Below are positions 9,408 through 18,000 of a stretch of DNA of 64,000 nucleotides, one piece after another. Both the position numbers and the translations under genes were made by a program. The first letter of the stretch is position 1, and every line of letters starts with the position of its first letter. This DNA is from Phycisphaerae bacterium. GTDB taxonomy: Bacteria > Planctomycetota > Phycisphaerae > UBA1845 > PWPN01. Below the pieces are notes generated by a model. That model saw only the letters and a program-made list of their open reading frames with translations. It ran no database searches and had not been told where the DNA came from. The stretch lies in the NCBI GenBank assembly GCA_016928855.1, contig JAFGKA010000396.1, forward strand, positions 4,044 through 68,043, in the 5' to 3' direction.

Positions 9408-10292
9408 ATGATTATGGCCGATCATGTTGTTGAATTGCCCGCGGCTGTCCCAGAACGGTCGGGCGTAGTCTCCAAGCCTGCCGTCAGTCTGCTGCCCCAG
9501 GCCTTCAGCGGCCCAATGGATCCGCCGGTGCGCCTGATGAACGTGTTGCTGGATCGGATCACCCGGTCGAGGTGCATCCATGAGGTGATCAGCGGTTTGC
9601 GGCAAGGCCTTGGTGGCTGGGTGATTACGCTTAACCTGGACCATCTTCGACGCTGCTGGACGGATCCCGTATACGAAGCCTGCGTGCGCGAAGCCGACTT
9701 GCGCGTAGCCGATGGCATGCCACTGATCTGGGCCAGTCAATTGCAGAACGCACCGTTGCCCGAACGGGTAGCCGGCTCGGACCTGATCTTTCAGTTGCCC
9801 CAGGCACTGGCGGAACAGCGACGCAGCCTATTCCTTCTCGGCGGCGACGCCGGCACGGCCGAAGCCGCCGGCACCATCTTGGCTGCAAGGTATCCGGGGC
9901 TGGTCATCGCCGGGACGTATTGTCCGCCGCTGGGATTCGAGAGCCGGCCGGGCGAGTGGGACCGAATTCGTTCCCTGCTGGTGGAAAGCCAACCGGACGT
10001 CGTTTTTGTGGCCCTGGGTTCGCCGAAGCAGGAATACTTCATCCGCGAGCTTCGCCATTTGCTGCCGAAAGCCTGGTGGATGGGCGTGGGCATCAGCTTT
10101 AGCTTCGCGTGCGGTCAGGTCAAACGCGCCCCCCGCTGGATGCAGCGGATGGGACTTGAGTGGGTGCATCGGCTGACCCAGGAGCCCAGGCGGCTGTTCA
10201 AGCGCTACGTGATTCACGGAATCCCGTTCGGCGTGTTCCTGCTGTTGACTTCTGCGTTTCGCTGTAGGCGCCGGCCTGTGGATGTGGTCTAG
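9408..10292 (+). CDS. WecB/TagA/CpsF-family glycosyltransferase
   Basis: ADGMPLIWASQL, PERVAGSDL, LFLLGGDAGTAEAAG, PDVVFVALGSPKQEYF, GVGISFSFACGQVKRAPRWMQRMGLEWVHRLTQEPRRLFKRY. Confidence 0.9.
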   Translation: MIMADHVVELPAAVPERSGVVSKPAVSLLPQAFSGPMDPPVRLMNVLLDRITRSRCIHEVISGLRQGLGGWVITLNLDHLRRCWTDPVYEACVREADLRVADGMPLIWASQLQNAPLPERVAGSDLIFQLPQALAEQRRSLFLLGGDAGTAEAAGTILAARYPGLVIAGTYCPPLGFESRPGEWDRIRSLLVESQPDVVFVALGSPKQEYFIRELRHLLPKAWWMGVGISFSFACGQVKRAPRWMQRMGLEWVHRLTQEPRRLFKRYVIHGIPFGVFLLLTSAFRCRRRPVDVV

Positions 10293-10314
10293 TGCCGTTT
10301 CCGGCAACGTTGTA

Positions 10315-10833
10315 TCAGTTCTTGCGGGCATGCCGGTTTCGGTATGCCGCGTAACGATCGAGGGCCTTTCGGAGTTCGGCATGGTCGGCGTAGTACGAGT
10401 TGCGAATGACGAACTCCTTGGCCGCCGTAAATCGACATTCGATCGGATTCAGCCATGACGCGTTGGTCGGCGTCCAGATCAGGTGAACGTTGTTCTCGCG
10501 ACACCATCGCCGGACCGCCGGCGTGGCGTGCGGTGAGAAGTTGTCCAGGATCAGGTGGATCCGCTGACTGGCCGGATACCGTCGCCGCATCCGCTTCAAG
10601 ACGGCCAGGACTTCGCGGGATCGCTTCCGGCTCCGCGTGTATCCCCACAAGGTGTCCCCATGCACGTCGTAGAACGCCAGCCAGTGTCGCACCCCCTGCG
10701 GCCGCTTGTACGTCGCCGGCCAGCGTTTCTGCTTGCCGCTCTCGCAGTAGCTCTGCCCTGGCTGAGGCCGAATCTCCAACGGCCCGAACTCGTCGAATGA
10801 GATCGTCGGCCCGTTCTCGGCAGGCTGGTTCAC
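10315..10833 (-). CDS. IS630 transposase, DDE catalytic part (orfB, reached by -1 frameshift)
   Basis: ISFDEFGP..., LILDNFSPHATPAVRRWCRENNVHLIWTPTNASWLNPIECRF (DDE_3-type). Its frame continues upstream as KKLIRRYVNQ through the A-run. Confidence 0.85.
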   Translation of the reverse strand: MNQPAENGPTISFDEFGPLEIRPQPGQSYCESGKQKRWPATYKRPQGVRHWLAFYDVHGDTLWGYTRSRKRSREVLAVLKRMRRRYPASQRIHLILDNFSPHATPAVRRWCRENNVHLIWTPTNASWLNPIECRFTAAKEFVIRNSYYADHAELRKALDRYAAYRNRHARKN

Positions 10834-10844
10834 ATACCGGCGGA

Positions 10845-11354
10845 TCAGTTTTTTTTAGAGCGGAGCCTGGGGTCATTGCATTCTTTCCAGGTTTTCGTGC
10901 GTCGCAGCCGGACCTTGGCCTTCTTGAGCATCTGCCGGAGCGTCTCGATGGCGATCGATTCGACGATGCCTTCGTCGATGAGGAACTCTCGAAGCTTCGG
11001 CAGCGACCAGCGCCGGAAGGGACGACCGAGAAGATCCGGCGGACACAACGCCGTTTCGAGGATGAGGCTCCGCTGCTCTTCCGTGAACTTGCGCGGTCGT
11101 CCTCCGCCATACTTGGCAGACAGGGCATCGAAGCCGTCCAGGTTGAACGCCTTGATGATAGTGCGAACGTGTTGTTCGGAAAAGTACAGGTGACGAGCGA
11201 TGTCAGGGACCTTCGTTCCCTGGTTGGAGGCGAGGATGACCTGGGCACGCCGCACCTTGATCCGGTCGCGGCTGCGACGGACGAGGTTCTGAAGCTTCCG
11301 GCCTTCATCGATTCGAAGATCTCTGACGTACACACACATAACGAGTCTCCACAT
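10845..11354 (-). CDS. IS630 transposase, N-terminal HTH part (orfA)
   Basis: 169 aa. The helix-turn-helix region reads RRAQVILASNQGTKVPDIARHLYFSEQHVRTIIKAFN..GGRPRKFTEEQ. It ends in SKKN-stop on an A-run. Confidence 0.85.
   Translation of the reverse strand: MWRLVMCVYVRDLRIDEGRKLQNLVRRSRDRIKVRRAQVILASNQGTKVPDIARHLYFSEQHVRTIIKAFNLDGFDALSAKYGGGRPRKFTEEQRSLILETALCPPDLLGRPFRRWSLPKLREFLIDEGIVESIAIETLRQMLKKAKVRLRRTKTWKECNDPRLRSKKN
10848..10854 (-). promoter_or_regulatory. Candidate -1 programmed ribosomal frameshift heptamer A-AAA-AAC
   Basis: On the minus strand orfA reads tct aaa aaa aac tga. orfB is in the -1 frame (..aaa ctg atc cgc..). The X-XXY-YYZ heptamer A AAA AAC sits directly before the orfA stop. 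Confidence 0.6.
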
Positions 11355-11464
11355 GATACAACGACATCCGTGTCAACATGTGGAACTCCATATAGACCAA
11401 AAAACGTCATGGCGCGAATCCGTCACTTGGCGGAAGTTACATCGTCGTCCCTGAATAAGTCCGC

Positions 11465-11743
11465 TCAGGCGGCAGCGATTCGGAGGCGGGCGGGGCCGGC
11501 GAAGCAAAGGCGGCAGAGAAGCCATTCACGCAGCGCGCGGCGAAGCCGCCGGAGGACCTTGCGGAGGTTCGCACCGGCCGCCGCCAGGACGATGTTGATC
11601 GCGTCGCCCTCCAGCCCCATCAGGAAGCACCGCCGCACACGATGGTCGCTCTTGAGATGCCCGATCTTCGGCTCGATCGCGCTGCGGCGCCGCCGCCGTT
11701 TCCGTTCGGCCCGCGAAGCGTTCTTCGACGCCGTACCGGCCAC
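11465..11743 (-). pseudogene. C-terminal remnant of an IS5-family (DDE_Tnp_1-type) transposase
   Basis: The 92-aa ORF reads RSAIEPKIGHLKSDHRVRRCFLMGLEGDAINIVLAAAGANLRKVLRRL, the conserved C-terminal block of IS5-family transposases. No N-terminal or catalytic portion is present. Confidence 0.7.
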
Positions 11744-11830
11744 TGATGAAGGAAACTCGTAGGCTGTGAACTCGTGGAGAGTGGCGCCGTCGGACGGGAG
11801 CCATGGCTCCGATAGCCGGATCGTTTTTGC

Positions 11831-12871
11831 ATGAAAGCGTTTGCTGGAAAATGGAAATTGTTTCCTTCACTGACGCCACCGGATTGGGGGTACTGGGAAA
11901 GCCTCTATCCAAATGGCATGGGGGCATCTACGTTCAGTGCGCCCGCATGGCAGCGGTTGATGTGCGAGGAAGAGACCGCCCTGGGGCAGTTGATGTTTTT
12001 ACAAGGACGCTCTTCCGACGGACGGATACTATCGTTGCCTGTCTTTGTCCAGACCAATCGATGGCGCAGGTATGAGATCAATGTGCGTCCTGTTGCCTAT
12101 TCCGTGATGCCGATCGAGGGCGGTGTTATCGATGATGTAGCGGTCGGGACGATCCTCGGGGCGGCGGAATCGTTGTTTACAGCCGGCTTTACGTGGTGGT
12201 TGCCGCCGTGGTCTTCGTTCCGACAGTCAACCTTGCAGGATCGGGCGTGGCAGCGTTGTTTGAAGTGTTCCTCCGTGGACACGTATCTGATCACGTTGCG
12301 AGGATCGGTCGAAAAGCATTTGATCGAGGAAGTCACCGAGACGCAACGATACCAGGTCCGTTCTAGCTACAGACGCGGCCTTGAAGTTCTGAGTAACCCT
12401 CCCGCAGATGTGGTCAACGAGTACTACCAACTTTACACGCGAGTGTGGGAAAATCGTGGTTGGACGGGACGGCAGTTCTCTGCCCGCTTCTTTCACGGGG
12501 TTGCCACACAGTTGCAGCAAGGTGGCGAGTTGCTGGTCATGCGTCTTAACGGTCGAGTCGTCGGTGGGGGAGTTCTTCTGTTCGATCGATACGCCGTTCA
12601 TTATTTTCAGGGAACGACCGATCGCGACACGAAAGGCGTATTCCCGCATTCCGTACTAATTGATATGGCGTTACGGCGAGCAGAATCTTTAGGGGTAACG
12701 CGGGTAAACCTGGGCGGCGTGGATTACGGAAACATCGGCCTGATTCACTTCAAGATGTTCTGGGGCGCTCGCAGTACACCTGTTCCCATCGTTATGTTCC
12801 ACTATGGGCGAGGCAGGGCTCCCGAAAGGTTGGCTTGGTTTGCAGGGAAAGGCCAGAAGTATGTTCAGTAA
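11831..12871 (+). CDS. FemAB-like / Acetyltransf_6 (BioF2-like GNAT) protein, paralog 1
   Basis: 346 aa. C-terminal half: YYQLYTRVWENRGWTGRQFSARFFHGV..GGELLVMRLNGRVVGGGVLLFDRYAVHYFQGTTDRDTKGVFPHSVLIDMALRRAESLGVTRVNLGG. It resembles the FemAB-related family described as PEP-CTERM-system associated. Confidence 0.7.
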   Translation: MKAFAGKWKLFPSLTPPDWGYWESLYPNGMGASTFSAPAWQRLMCEEETALGQLMFLQGRSSDGRILSLPVFVQTNRWRRYEINVRPVAYSVMPIEGGVIDDVAVGTILGAAESLFTAGFTWWLPPWSSFRQSTLQDRAWQRCLKCSSVDTYLITLRGSVEKHLIEEVTETQRYQVRSSYRRGLEVLSNPPADVVNEYYQLYTRVWENRGWTGRQFSARFFHGVATQLQQGGELLVMRLNGRVVGGGVLLFDRYAVHYFQGTTDRDTKGVFPHSVLIDMALRRAESLGVTRVNLGGVDYGNIGLIHFKMFWGARSTPVPIVMFHYGRGRAPERLAWFAGKGQKYVQ

Positions 12872-12980
12872 GATCTGTCGACACACTGCTTGCCCGCATG
12901 TTCTGATATGAGTCAACTCTCGTGCTCGTGGGCTGCTTGCCCTGAAAAATGATGTTGTTTTGGCCGCCGAGATACATGCA

Positions 12981-14471
12981 ATGTCTGAGGCATCTGCCCG
13001 CATCCTGCTCATTTATCCGCCGTCACGGACCCAGACCCATGCGAACTGTCCGGCCGGATTGACGCTACTGGGAGCTGTTTTGGAGAAGGCCGGGCATCGA
13101 GTGCGTCTTCTGGACGCCAATGCCCGTCATGCGAAACGGAATGTTTCGGATATTGCCCGCATTGCGGCAGAGTACAAGCCGGATGTCATCGGAATCACTT
13201 TGCTTACCCCGATGGTGAAGGATTCCTACCAGTTGGCTGCTTTGCTGCAGAATAATGGAGCACGCCTGCTGGCGGGGGGGCCGCATGCATCGCTTCTGCC
13301 GGAGGAGCCGCTTTCGCATGGTTTTCATGTGGTCGTGATCGGCGAAGGCGAGCCAACGATCGTGGAAGCCGTCGATGCACTGCTTGGGAATGTGCCTATG
13401 GAACAGGTGCGAGGAATCGCGTACCGAGGGCCAAATGGGCAGGTGCATCGCACCGAGGCTCGGCCACTGGTGGAGAACCTGGATGATCTTCCGCGGCCGG
13501 CGAGACATCTCGTGAACCCATTGGATTACGGGACGGCGGGGAACAGTGAACTCCACGCGAATCTCTTCAGTTCCCGCGGGTGTCCGGCACGATGTTCCTA
13601 CTGTGCCGGCCAGCTTTTCGGCAAGCAGTTTCGGTTTCGTTCCGCTGACAGCTTGCTCGATGAAATATGCGAGCTCAACCGGATGTACGGCACAAAGCAT
13701 TTCTACTTCGTGGATGATGCGATGTCCATGGATCGGGCCCGGATGCGGCGATTCTGTGAAGGAATGATGGACCGTCAACTCGGCTTTACCTGGAACATGA
13801 TGACGCGAATTGACTCCGTGAACGAGGAGATGCTCTCCCTGGCAGCGCGTGCTGGCTGCGTCCGAATCGATTACGGGATCGAGAGCGGACACCCCGAGAC
13901 ACTCAAGCGTATTCACAAACCGCACTCGGTTGAAATGGTTCGTCGTATTGTTCCGCTGACCGCTCAACTGGGAATTAAACCCTGCGTGTTTTTCATCTTA
14001 GGATTTCCCTGGGATACTCCTGAGACGATCGGGGTGACCCTGAATCTTATGGTCGAATTGTCGCCGTTCGTCGCATTTCATCCTGCGGTTGCAGGAGTCC
14101 TGATTCCTTTTCCGGGCACGGAGATTTATCAGACCTACAAGGAACAGTTTCAATTAGAAGAGTGGTGGCTTACAGACTATCGGCATTATAGCATGGTCGA
14201 TATTGAGGGGCGTCCCTATTTCGTTTCCAGGCTCTTCCCGGTCGGCTGTGTACTGGATGCGGATTTCTTTCACTACTCGCCGGCTGTCATACACGCCATT
14301 CGCCGGGTATTTAAGTACATGTATTTCCACAAACTTCGCAGCGAGCAACGACGGAGAGCTGGAGTCAAGACTCAATTGCTTCTGAAGCTTTCAGAGATGG
14401 CGTACACGGTATCTCCGAGGCTGGAGCGCATGCTCTTTAAAGTGATACGGCGTACTGGGAGCATCAACTGA
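12981..14471 (+). CDS. B12-binding-domain radical SAM protein
   Basis: N-terminal cobalamin-binding-like region (ILLIYPP..GLTLLGAVLEKAGHRVRLLDAN..PDVIGITLLTP..GGPHASLLPEE), then the radical SAM cluster motif SSRGCPARCSYCAG (CX3CX2C). The ORF track opens at a TTG at 12960; the ATG at 12981 is preferred. Confidence 0.9.
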   Translation: MSEASARILLIYPPSRTQTHANCPAGLTLLGAVLEKAGHRVRLLDANARHAKRNVSDIARIAAEYKPDVIGITLLTPMVKDSYQLAALLQNNGARLLAGGPHASLLPEEPLSHGFHVVVIGEGEPTIVEAVDALLGNVPMEQVRGIAYRGPNGQVHRTEARPLVENLDDLPRPARHLVNPLDYGTAGNSELHANLFSSRGCPARCSYCAGQLFGKQFRFRSADSLLDEICELNRMYGTKHFYFVDDAMSMDRARMRRFCEGMMDRQLGFTWNMMTRIDSVNEEMLSLAARAGCVRIDYGIESGHPETLKRIHKPHSVEMVRRIVPLTAQLGIKPCVFFILGFPWDTPETIGVTLNLMVELSPFVAFHPAVAGVLIPFPGTEIYQTYKEQFQLEEWWLTDYRHYSMVDIEGRPYFVSRLFPVGCVLDADFFHYSPAVIHAIRRVFKYMYFHKLRSEQRRRAGVKTQLLLKLSEMAYTVSPRLERMLFKVIRRTGSIN

Positions 14472-14532
14472 CTCGGCGAGACAGCGATCGTTCCGTGCTA
14501 TTGGTACAGCTCCCGAACGAGTATAGTGGTGA

Positions 14533-15162
14533 ATGGCAGACTCTGGAATCAGCGGTGGTGATGCGGGCATGGAACAGCCGGTCATGAATAATTCGATCTG
14601 TGCCTGTCAGCTATTGGCCGGAGGTGCGGGAGGCATAGAGCCGCCGCACTGGTATGTCAGACGATTGTTCATGCCTGTCATGCGGTCCGTGGCTCGCCGG
14701 TTGAGGCGAAGCTATTGGGACAGCCGGGCTTGGTGCAAACGTATTCTAAAGCGTGTCTGGCCCAGTTGTCCGATGTTACGTAAGGCGTTGACTGCTGAAA
14801 AAACCGGCACCGCTATGAACGAAGTTGCCGACTCTCAACCGCTCTCCCTGGCGCCTATCGTTCCGGGGATGAAGGTGCGTGTTCGCTCGCAGCTTGAGAT
14901 CGATGTCACGTTGGATGCGACCGGCCGTTGCCGGGGTTGCGCTTTCCTTGCGCCGATGGCGGCATATTGTGGGCAGGTGTTTCAAGTCGCTCGCTGCGTG
15001 GGGCAGTTCTTTGACGAGCGACAATGGCGAATGCTCAAGTGTAAAAACGTCGTCTTGCTGGAGGGGGTATACTGCGATGGTTCAGGCCACCCGGATACGC
15101 GGGGCTGCGACCGGATGTGCTTTTTCTTCTGGCGAACAGAATGGCTTGAAGTCGTCGAGTAA
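14533..15162 (+). CDS. Cys-rich protein of unknown function
   Basis: 209-aa ORF. The C-terminal ~115 aa (from the ATG at 14815) read PGMKVRVRSQLEIDVTLDATGRCRGCAFLAPMAAYCGQVFQVARCVGQFFDERQWRMLKCKNVVLLEGVYCDGSGHPDTRGCDRMCFFFWRTEWL, with 9 Cys. I can name no family. The start is uncertain (14533 or 14815). Confidence 0.5.
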   Translation: MADSGISGGDAGMEQPVMNNSICACQLLAGGAGGIEPPHWYVRRLFMPVMRSVARRLRRSYWDSRAWCKRILKRVWPSCPMLRKALTAEKTGTAMNEVADSQPLSLAPIVPGMKVRVRSQLEIDVTLDATGRCRGCAFLAPMAAYCGQVFQVARCVGQFFDERQWRMLKCKNVVLLEGVYCDGSGHPDTRGCDRMCFFFWRTEWLEVVE

Positions 15163-15171
15163 TACTTTTTG

Positions 15172-16317
15172 ATGAATTGGCACATACTACCGCGTTTGAC
15201 TACGCCGAATCGGAAACAATGGGAGCAATGCTATCCAGCTGGTGTCGGCCCGTCGATTATGAGTTCGCCGGAATGGTTATCCCTGACTCGCAGATTGATG
15301 GGTGGACCTTGGCGGATGATGCTGCTGCGGGGGCGGGAGACCGGGGGCGGGGCTGTTTCGCTGCCTGTTCTCGCGGTGAGGGACCGCTGGGGGCGTTTTC
15401 GTCTCAAGGTGGGCAGCACGGCTACCTGTGTCGCACCCGTGGAAGGGTTGCCGACCCGTTGCGAGGAGGCCGTGCCGGCTCTCATCGACGCTCTTCGAAC
15501 GCCGTTTATTACATCGTTCGAGTGCTGGTTTCCGCCATGGTGCCCGTGGCGGTCATCGTCGGCCTCATGCGGCGGTAGTGCGCCGTGTAAACGTGCCGGC
15601 ATATCGCCTTGGTGTTCGCTGGTGCCCAAGGCCCATACGCAACGATATGAGATGGGGACACTGACCTGGTCGCACGTGGATGTTTTTCTCATTACGCTGC
15701 GGGGAACGCCCGAGTCGCATCTGGCAGAGTGTGTGCGACCGATTCAGCGTCAACATCTTCGGGCGAGCTACAGGGCGGGGCTGGAAGTGTGCTGGCAACC
15801 CGGTTCCGAACTGGTTGACGGGTACTATGCGTTCTATTCGCGTATCTTTGACGAACGACAATGGCTGCCGCCGAAGTTGCCCAGATCATTTTTCCATGAT
15901 GTTGCCGGGAAGTGGGCAGACGCCGCGGAGATGGTGGTCATGAAGCACGAGGGACGCGTTGTGGGGGGAGGAATCTTCCTGTATGACATGTTCGCACTGA
16001 ATTTGTATCACGCCGTCACCGATCGGAACGTCAAGGGCGTGTACCCGCATCCCGTACTGTATCAACTCGCCATCGAGCGAGCTGCATCCCGTGGGCTTCA
16101 TTACGTGAACCTGGGGTTTAACCCGGGTTCTCCGGGCCTGATACGCTTTAAACAATCCTGGGGTGCGGAGCCAACACCCATGCCGATGCTCAAGTGGCGT
16201 GGGGGTTGGCGCGAAATGGCTAGGAACGTACGAACTCGGCTTGGTTCGTTGACGGGGGGCGTGGACGTCGGGCAAGCATTGGAAACGAATGTGCAGATAC
16301 CTCAAGAAATTTCATGA
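15172..16317 (+). CDS. FemAB-like / Acetyltransf_6 protein, paralog 2
   Basis: Colinear with 11831-12871, for example FLITLRG, YYAFYSRIFDERQWLPPKLPRSFFHDV and VVMKHEGRVVGGGIFLYDMFALNLYHAVTDRNVKGVYPHPVLYQLAIERAASRGLHYVNLG. It has a Cys/Ser-rich insertion near residue 130. Confidence 0.7.
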   Translation: MNWHILPRLTTPNRKQWEQCYPAGVGPSIMSSPEWLSLTRRLMGGPWRMMLLRGRETGGGAVSLPVLAVRDRWGRFRLKVGSTATCVAPVEGLPTRCEEAVPALIDALRTPFITSFECWFPPWCPWRSSSASCGGSAPCKRAGISPWCSLVPKAHTQRYEMGTLTWSHVDVFLITLRGTPESHLAECVRPIQRQHLRASYRAGLEVCWQPGSELVDGYYAFYSRIFDERQWLPPKLPRSFFHDVAGKWADAAEMVVMKHEGRVVGGGIFLYDMFALNLYHAVTDRNVKGVYPHPVLYQLAIERAASRGLHYVNLGFNPGSPGLIRFKQSWGAEPTPMPMLKWRGGWREMARNVRTRLGSLTGGVDVGQALETNVQIPQEIS

Positions 16318-16794
16318 CATCCGAGGGATTCGCTAGGCGTGTGGAAGTTCGGCCTGTATGATATTCTTTCTGTGTTTGAGGTTTATTCCGTGCAATAGTT
16401 TGCTTTGATCGCAGTTGGCCATATGCTTGGAGTGAACGCAGAGGGCAGTCGATGGATCTAGTGCCGTCTTCGGCTAATCTGTTTCGTTCTCTTACGACCG
16501 GGCTCAGTGGTCGTCGGGGCACTGGCGGGGCCCGACGTGACGTCGGGACCAGTGGCACCCGCTAAAGCAGCGAAGATCACCAACCGAGGACGGCAATAGC
16601 GTTGCGCGGACCGACGGTATGCGAGGTGCTTTGTAGGGAAGTCAAGCGGATTGAAGCGGGGTCACACGATGCATCATTTTCAGATGTGCGGGCAGCAGTG
16701 AGCAACGAAATTCTACTACATCTACGGGCGTTTGGTGCAGATGTTCTGCATCTGCGCAAGGGCACGTGACCTGACATTAGGGGCCGCAGTATCG

Positions 16795-18000
16795 ATGTCT
16801 TCAGGCGATGACTATATTATCTTTGGGAGCCCCTCCATCGGGGACGAGGAGCTGCAGGAAGTCCGCGCTACGCTGGAGAGCTGCTGGATTGGTACCGGTC
16901 CCAGGGTCAAACGGTTCGAGGAGGCTTTTGCTGAGTACGTGGGGGCGAAATACGCGGTCGCTCTGAACTCCTGCACCGCCTGTCTGCATCTCGCCATGGT
17001 TACCGCCGGGCTCGAGCCTGGTGACGAGGTTATCACCACGCCCATGACGTTCGCGGCGACCGCGAACGCCATTATCCACGCCGGCGGTGTGCCGGTGTTC
17101 GTGGATTGTGACAGGCGGTCCATGAACATCGACGTGAACCAGATCGAGGCCGCAATCACTCCGCGTACCCGCGCCATTCTGCCCGTGCATTTCGCGGGTC
17201 GGCCCTGCGATATGGAAGCGATCGGACGCATTGCGTCACGACACGGGTTGATGGTCATCGAAGATGCGGCACACTGCATCGAGGGCGCGTATCACGGACG
17301 CAAGATCGGGACGATCAGCCCGATCACCTGTTTTAGTTTCTACGTCACCAAGAACATGACCACCTCCGAGGGGGGCATGATCTGCACGGACGATGCCGAA
17401 CTGGCCGAGCAGGTGAAGGTGTACGGCCTGCACGGCCTGTCCGGCGACGCCTGGCGGCGATTCAGCGACGGCGGATACCGCCACTACGAGGTGGTATTCC
17501 CTGGGTTCAAGAACAACATGACGGATCTGGCCGCTGCCATCGGGTTGTGTCAGCTTCCCCGGTTGGTCCCCTGGCTCACGCGGCGAGGCGAGATATGGTC
17601 CCAATATGATGAGGCATTCGCGGACTTGCCCTGCTGGAGGCCGGCGCCGCCTGAGCCGGGAACCGTTCACGCTCGGCACCTGTACACGTTGCTGTTGGAC
17701 TGTGCAGCGGCCGGGTTGAGCCGTGACCAGTTTATGGCCGAGCTGCACCAGCGTGGGATTGGAACCGGGGTCCATTATCGAGCGCTTCACCTGCACAAGT
17801 ATTACCGGGAGCGATTCGGCTATAAGCCGGAGGACTTTCCGAACGCGGCTTGGATCAGTGAGCGAACTGTGTCCCTGCCGCTGTCAGCGAAGCTGACGCC
17901 GGAGGACGTGGACCGGATCGTCACGACTGTGCAATCGGTACTCTCGAAATCTCGCCGCCATGCCCCCTCGGAGCCGCGCGGCCAAGGAGAAAGCATTTGA
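16795..18000 (+). CDS. DegT/DnrJ/EryC1/StrS-family PLP-dependent sugar aminotransferase
   Basis: The in-frame ATG at 16795 gives MSSGDDYIIFGSPSIGDEELQEV..GPRVKRFEEAFAEYVGAKYAVALNSCTACLHLA..ILPVHFAGRPCDM..SFYVTKNMTTSEGGM (PLP-Lys region)..GVHYRALHL. Confidence 0.9.
   Translation: MSSGDDYIIFGSPSIGDEELQEVRATLESCWIGTGPRVKRFEEAFAEYVGAKYAVALNSCTACLHLAMVTAGLEPGDEVITTPMTFAATANAIIHAGGVPVFVDCDRRSMNIDVNQIEAAITPRTRAILPVHFAGRPCDMEAIGRIASRHGLMVIEDAAHCIEGAYHGRKIGTISPITCFSFYVTKNMTTSEGGMICTDDAELAEQVKVYGLHGLSGDAWRRFSDGGYRHYEVVFPGFKNNMTDLAAAIGLCQLPRLVPWLTRRGEIWSQYDEAFADLPCWRPAPPEPGTVHARHLYTLLLDCAAAGLSRDQFMAELHQRGIGTGVHYRALHLHKYYRERFGYKPEDFPNAAWISERTVSLPLSAKLTPEDVDRIVTTVQSVLSKSRRHAPSEPRGQGESI

Larger units (their letters stand above)
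10292..11392 (-). mobile_element. IS630-family insertion sequence inserted at a CTAG target
   Basis: The flanks read ggtcTA|...|TAgacc, which reconstruct a palindromic ggtCTAGacc target with a TA duplication, as expected for IS630/Tc1-type elements. It is ~1.1 kb and carries a two-ORF transposase. The terminal inverted repeats are only imperfect by eye, so the ends are good to within a few nt. Confidence 0.7.

Noticed and set aside
10289-11762. ORFs 10289-11410 (minus) and 10455-11762 (plus) spanning the IS630 region
   Set aside because: These are alternative-frame or antisense readings of the IS630 transposase and the IS5 stump. The recognisable HTH and DDE motifs are in the other two minus-strand frames.
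16551-16567. TGGCAC...AAGCA resembling a sigma-54 -24/-12 promoter
   Set aside because: The GG-to-GC spacing is one nt too long and the -12 element is AAGC rather than TTGC. Other TGGCAC occurrences (8824, 42322, 59214, 61184) also lack a correctly spaced GC.
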